Shown piece by piece: positions 61,213 to 64,000 of a stretch of 64,000 nt of DNA. The position numbers and the translations under genes are program-made. Source of the stretch: a virus (taxonomy: Duplodnaviria; Caudoviricetes); the IMG/VR virus record IMGVR_UViG_3300011435_000017, positions 3,924 through 67,923 of that record; one strand, 5' to 3'. Each line of letters begins with the position of its first letter. The stretch's first letter is position 1. Under the pieces are notes generated by a model that had not been told where the DNA came from, made no database searches, and saw nothing but the letters and a program-made list of their open reading frames with translations.

Positions 61213-61793
61213 CCCAGAAGAAGTACCCACCCCTGCGCGAGATGTTCGCTGCGCTGCCCGAGGGCACGCTCTCCGATGGCGACAACGCGATCCTGAAGAC
61301 CTTGAGCGCCTCGATGCACGCGCTGCGCGAGCCTGTGCACCCCACGAGCGCTTTCACGGTGGAGCTGCGCGGCATCATCCTGTCACGCCTCAAGCAGTGC
61401 GTTGCCGAGGTGCTGGACCCGCACATCCCTCGCCAAGTCGGGCGCCCTCGTACGCCCCTGAAGCGCGAGATCGAGGTGTTCAAGGAGAAACTCGCCCTGC
61501 TGTCCATCGACATCAACGAGCACTGGCACAAGCCCGCGGGTGAACGCCCGCTTGCCGGGTCACGAGCAGCACTCGACAACGCCTTCACCACGCTGCTGAA
61601 GCAGGCACAGGCCCTCGGCCTCGACACCGACTCGCTCACGGATACGTGGTCGCGCTTGGTCGATGGCATCGATGCCTACGCCACGCGCACGTTCTCGGAG
61701 GCGCCCATCGCACTCGTCAAGAGCACGGCCGGCGCGCAGATGAACCTCGTGCTGAAGATTCTCCTGCGCGACGCCGCCGGCAAGCGCATCTAG
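61209..61793 (+). CDS. Hypothetical protein, 194 aa (MTQKKYPPL...)
   Basis: AAGGAG RBS; ATGA overlap. Confidence 0.75.
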   Translation: MTQKKYPPLREMFAALPEGTLSDGDNAILKTLSASMHALREPVHPTSAFTVELRGIILSRLKQCVAEVLDPHIPRQVGRPRTPLKREIEVFKEKLALLSIDINEHWHKPAGERPLAGSRAALDNAFTTLLKQAQALGLDTDSLTDTWSRLVDGIDAYATRTFSEAPIALVKSTAGAQMNLVLKILLRDAAGKRI

Positions 61794-61803
61794 TTCCCCA
61801 ACC

Positions 61804-61822
61804 GTTTGACACTCTGTCAAAC
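61804..61822. promoter_or_regulatory. Palindromic motif copy 8 (GTTTGACACTCTGTCAAAC)
   Basis: Intergenic, with perfect 8-bp arms. Confidence 0.85.
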
Positions 61823-61844
61823 ACAACCCTGAAGGAAGACCGCT

Positions 61845-62387
61845 ATGAACACCAACCCCCCTGTGTCCGGCTACGACGAGGCGCCCGCGGAGGGCGAAGG
61901 CGAGAAGGCCGACCGCATGGCGTACGCCAAGACGCTGCGCGAGGCCACCGGCGACAACTGGCAGCCCATGCCGAAGGACTACGAGGCGTCCCCCTGCGTG
62001 CTCGACCCGGACAACTACTGGGTCGATGACGAGACGGGCGAGCGCATCTACGCCCTCAACGGCGAGCGCACGCCGGCCGTGGTCTATGGCGTGCTGCTCG
62101 GCGCCAAGATCGTCGAGCTGCAGGCCAGCAACGAGCGCCTCGAAACGATGCGCCACGCGGTGTACCACTCCGACTGCGAGATCAAGATCAACGACAACAG
62201 GCCGACGTTCGACGACGCCATCACCCTCTGGAAGATCAGGGGCGTGCCACGCACGCTGTACCCCACCAAGATGGCCGCGGAGGTGGCCGCGCGTGCGCAC
62301 TTCCCGCACGACAACCCGACGGTGCGCTACTCGCGCATCACGTTCATCGAGATCGACTACGACTTCAACTTCGGAGAGGAGGTGTGA
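61845..62387 (+). CDS. Hypothetical protein, 180 aa
   Basis: GAAGGAA RBS. Confidence 0.7.
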   Translation: MNTNPPVSGYDEAPAEGEGEKADRMAYAKTLREATGDNWQPMPKDYEASPCVLDPDNYWVDDETGERIYALNGERTPAVVYGVLLGAKIVELQASNERLETMRHAVYHSDCEIKINDNRPTFDDAITLWKIRGVPRTLYPTKMAAEVAARAHFPHDNPTVRYSRITFIEIDYDFNFGEEV

Positions 62388-62509
62388 AGCGCCTCGCCAA
62401 GCTGGTGTTCTTCACCATCGTCGGGCTCGTGTGCACGGTCATGGTGGGTTACGCCCTCGTTGACATGTTCGTGAGCCTCTCTGCCGTCATCTGGGTGCAT
62501 CAGCAATGA
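62384..62509 (+). CDS. Small membrane peptide, 41 aa
   Basis: GGAGAGGAGG RBS; GTGA/ATGA overlaps on both sides; hydrophobic. Confidence 0.55.
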   Translation: MKRLAKLVFFTIVGLVCTVMVGYALVDMFVSLSAVIWVHQQ

Positions 62510-62865
62510 GAACCTACTACCGTGCCACTGGGGGCGTCGATGGCGCCATCCAGACGCTGCTCTTCTGGGCAGTGATCCTCACCGCGCCGATCTGGGTGCC
62601 CGTGATCGGCCTGATCGTCCTCTACGAGGCGCTGTTCCCGAAGAAGTACGAGCAGGTGCCGGTGCCCACGCCTGCGCCCATCGTCTACACGACGCCGGCA
62701 TCGATCCCGCAAGGCCCCGCACTAGCGGGATCGACATCAGCGATCTGTCGCTCGTACATCAAGCTGGAGGCTCTCGGACGCGCACACATCGCCGAGGGCC
62801 AAACCGCTCGCGGCACCGACAACATCAAGTACGCACGCAAGCGTCTGCAAGAGAACGGCTGCTGA
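62506..62865 (+). CDS. Membrane-anchored hypothetical protein, 119 aa
   Basis: N-terminal TM helix, Pro/Thr linker, and a small domain with two Cys. Confidence 0.65.
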   Translation: MRTYYRATGGVDGAIQTLLFWAVILTAPIWVPVIGLIVLYEALFPKKYEQVPVPTPAPIVYTTPASIPQGPALAGSTSAICRSYIKLEALGRAHIAEGQTARGTDNIKYARKRLQENGC

Positions 62866-62895
62866 ACCAGTTCCCCAACCCCTGAAAGGAAAGCC

Positions 62896-63153
62896 ATGAA
62901 AGCCATTGACTGTCGAACGGGCGTGCGCGTGCATTACCTGCACGCGTCGCACTCCAAGCCCGGACGCTACAAGGTGCACATCGATGCGTTCCCCCCGCGC
63001 ATCTATTCCGAGCACCTCGCGCCGGACACGATGGACTACACCGCGAAGCCCCAGTTCTTCGCGCAGCGCCGGCTCGACGAGCTGAAGCTGAGCTGGAAGC
63101 TGGCCGGCGCCTGCTACATGCTGGGCACCGGCTTCATCTTCACGACGAAATGA
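62896..63153 (+). CDS. Hypothetical protein, 85 aa
   Basis: AAAGGAAA RBS. Confidence 0.7.
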   Translation: MKAIDCRTGVRVHYLHASHSKPGRYKVHIDAFPPRIYSEHLAPDTMDYTAKPQFFAQRRLDELKLSWKLAGACYMLGTGFIFTTK

Positions 63154-63395
63154 ACGTGCTGCTCACGCGAGAGCGGCGCCTCGTCAACACCGACCCGCAA
63201 CGCCGTTGCTACAACGGCTGCAACTTCAGCGAGGAGCTGCAGTGGCAGCCGTGGGTCGTGCTCGATCGGTTCCCTGCCGAGCAGACAGAGGCCAAGCTGA
63301 AGTTCTGGACCGAGCTGAACGACTACGCCGTGAGTCAACGCGGCGAAGGCGCGAAGCGCGAATTCAAGATCGAAACCACCAAGGAGAACCCGTGA
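63150..63395 (+). CDS. Hypothetical protein, 81 aa
   Basis: ATGA overlap; contains PQRRCYNGC. Confidence 0.7.
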   Translation: MNVLLTRERRLVNTDPQRRCYNGCNFSEELQWQPWVVLDRFPAEQTEAKLKFWTELNDYAVSQRGEGAKREFKIETTKENP

Positions 63396-63580
63396 ACTAC
63401 CAAGACCAAGACAACCTCATCCATTACCGGTTCGCGCGCCGGCTCGGCGAGCTGCACCCGGATGCGCAGTACGCCAACCCGTTCGAGCTGCCCCCGCGCA
63501 GCAACCTGCGCATCAGCAAGCGAGCAATCGTCATCGTGCTCGTCGTCGCCATCCTCGCAACTCTGGGAGTCCTCTCGTGA
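63392..63580 (+). CDS. Small protein with C-terminal TM helix, 62 aa
   Basis: GTG start after AAGGAG. Confidence 0.6.
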   Translation: MNYQDQDNLIHYRFARRLGELHPDAQYANPFELPPRSNLRISKRAIVIVLVVAILATLGVLS

Positions 63581-64000
63581 AAGAAACCATCCTCAACGAA
63601 CTGCTCGACGAGAACCTCGTCGCACGCATCAACGCGTACCTCGACCAGCGCAGCGACAACGAGAAGGTCACGCTGCGTGCCAGCGTCACGATCAACGTGC
63701 CCGTGCGCCTGCCGGTCTACAAGGACGGCGCCTACTCCGGCTCGAACATCTACGAGGACATGCTCGACTGCGCGGCCGAGAACCTCGAAGGCGCCAGCCT
63801 GCGCCGCATCACGCAGGGCATCCTCATCCACGCGATCGAGACGGAGACGCTGCCGATCGATGCGCCGGTGCCCGAGGAGTTCGCATCCATCAGCACCACG
63901 ATGGCGTTCCTCAATTTCAGCAGCGTGGAGTGGGACGCCACGCTCCCCAGTGTGCAGCACAAGCTGCGCAAGTACGTCTACACGCAACTCGTGCAGGAGG
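63577..64000 (+). CDS. Hypothetical protein, truncated by the window edge (MKETILNELL...)
   Basis: GTGA overlap; the frame stays open to the end of the window. Confidence 0.65.
   Translation, partial: MKETILNELLDENLVARINAYLDQRSDNEKVTLRASVTINVPVRLPVYKDGAYSGSNIYEDMLDCAAENLEGASLRRITQGILIHAIETETLPIDAPVPEEFASISTTMAFLNFSSVEWDATLPSVQHKLRKYVYTQLVQE

Larger units (their letters stand above)
1..64000. mobile_element. Tailed dsDNA bacteriophage genome (Caudoviricetes, podovirus-like), probably near-complete
   Basis: Terminase, portal, capsid, tail, DNA polymerase, primase and helicase genes lie in strand-coherent blocks. No host housekeeping genes are seen, and both window edges fall in the same type of small-gene early region. 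Confidence 0.95.

Noticed and set aside
57747-61822. Palindrome series read as a CRISPR array or integron attC array
   Set aside because: Spacing is irregular (about 190-1500 bp) with whole genes between copies. There are no cas or integron-integrase genes, and the copies lack attC R/L-box structure.
1-64000. tRNA genes, integrase, reverse transcriptase/DGR, programmed frameshifts
   Set aside because: No cloverleaf, tyrosine or serine recombinase motif, YxDD RT motif, template/variable repeat pair or slippery-site gene pair was recognised by eye. tRNAscan-SE and HMM searches would be decisive.

Overview
The window is almost entirely one GC-rich tailed-phage genome, probably near-complete. 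No tape-measure, major-tail-tube or sheath gene was recognised, and tail-tubular/nozzle-type and ejection-type proteins are present, so a short-tailed (podovirus-like) virion is inferred. There are three blocks. (1) 1-22.4 kb, + strand: small early genes, an HNH nuclease, an AAA ATPase / VWA-metallopeptidase / DUF3150-like module, VRR-NUC, two tandem PEP-CTERM surface proteins, family A DNA polymerase, Cas4-like exonuclease, an anti-defence pair (Acb2 plus a DUF2829/Tad2-like fusion), SNF2-type helicase, SSB-like protein and a 948-aa primase-helicase. (2) 22.4-57.5 kb, - strand: terminase, portal, GroES-like protein, scaffold, major capsid, adaptors, tail fibre, ejection proteins and a ~3000-aa polyvalent protein. 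(3) 57.9-64 kb, + strand: more small early genes, apparently continuous with the window start across the edge. No integrase, endolysin, tRNA or CRISPR array was recognised. The most notable observations are: phage-encoded exosortase substrates with no exosortase; adjacent signal-sponge anti-defence genes; a shared C-terminal tag and a recurring hydrophobic-x-x-G-G motif across otherwise unrelated virion proteins, possibly a capsid-targeting and processing code; and eight copies of a GTTTGACA-N3/4-TGTCAAAC palindrome punctuating the early region. All family calls come from motif recognition by eye, not from database searches.
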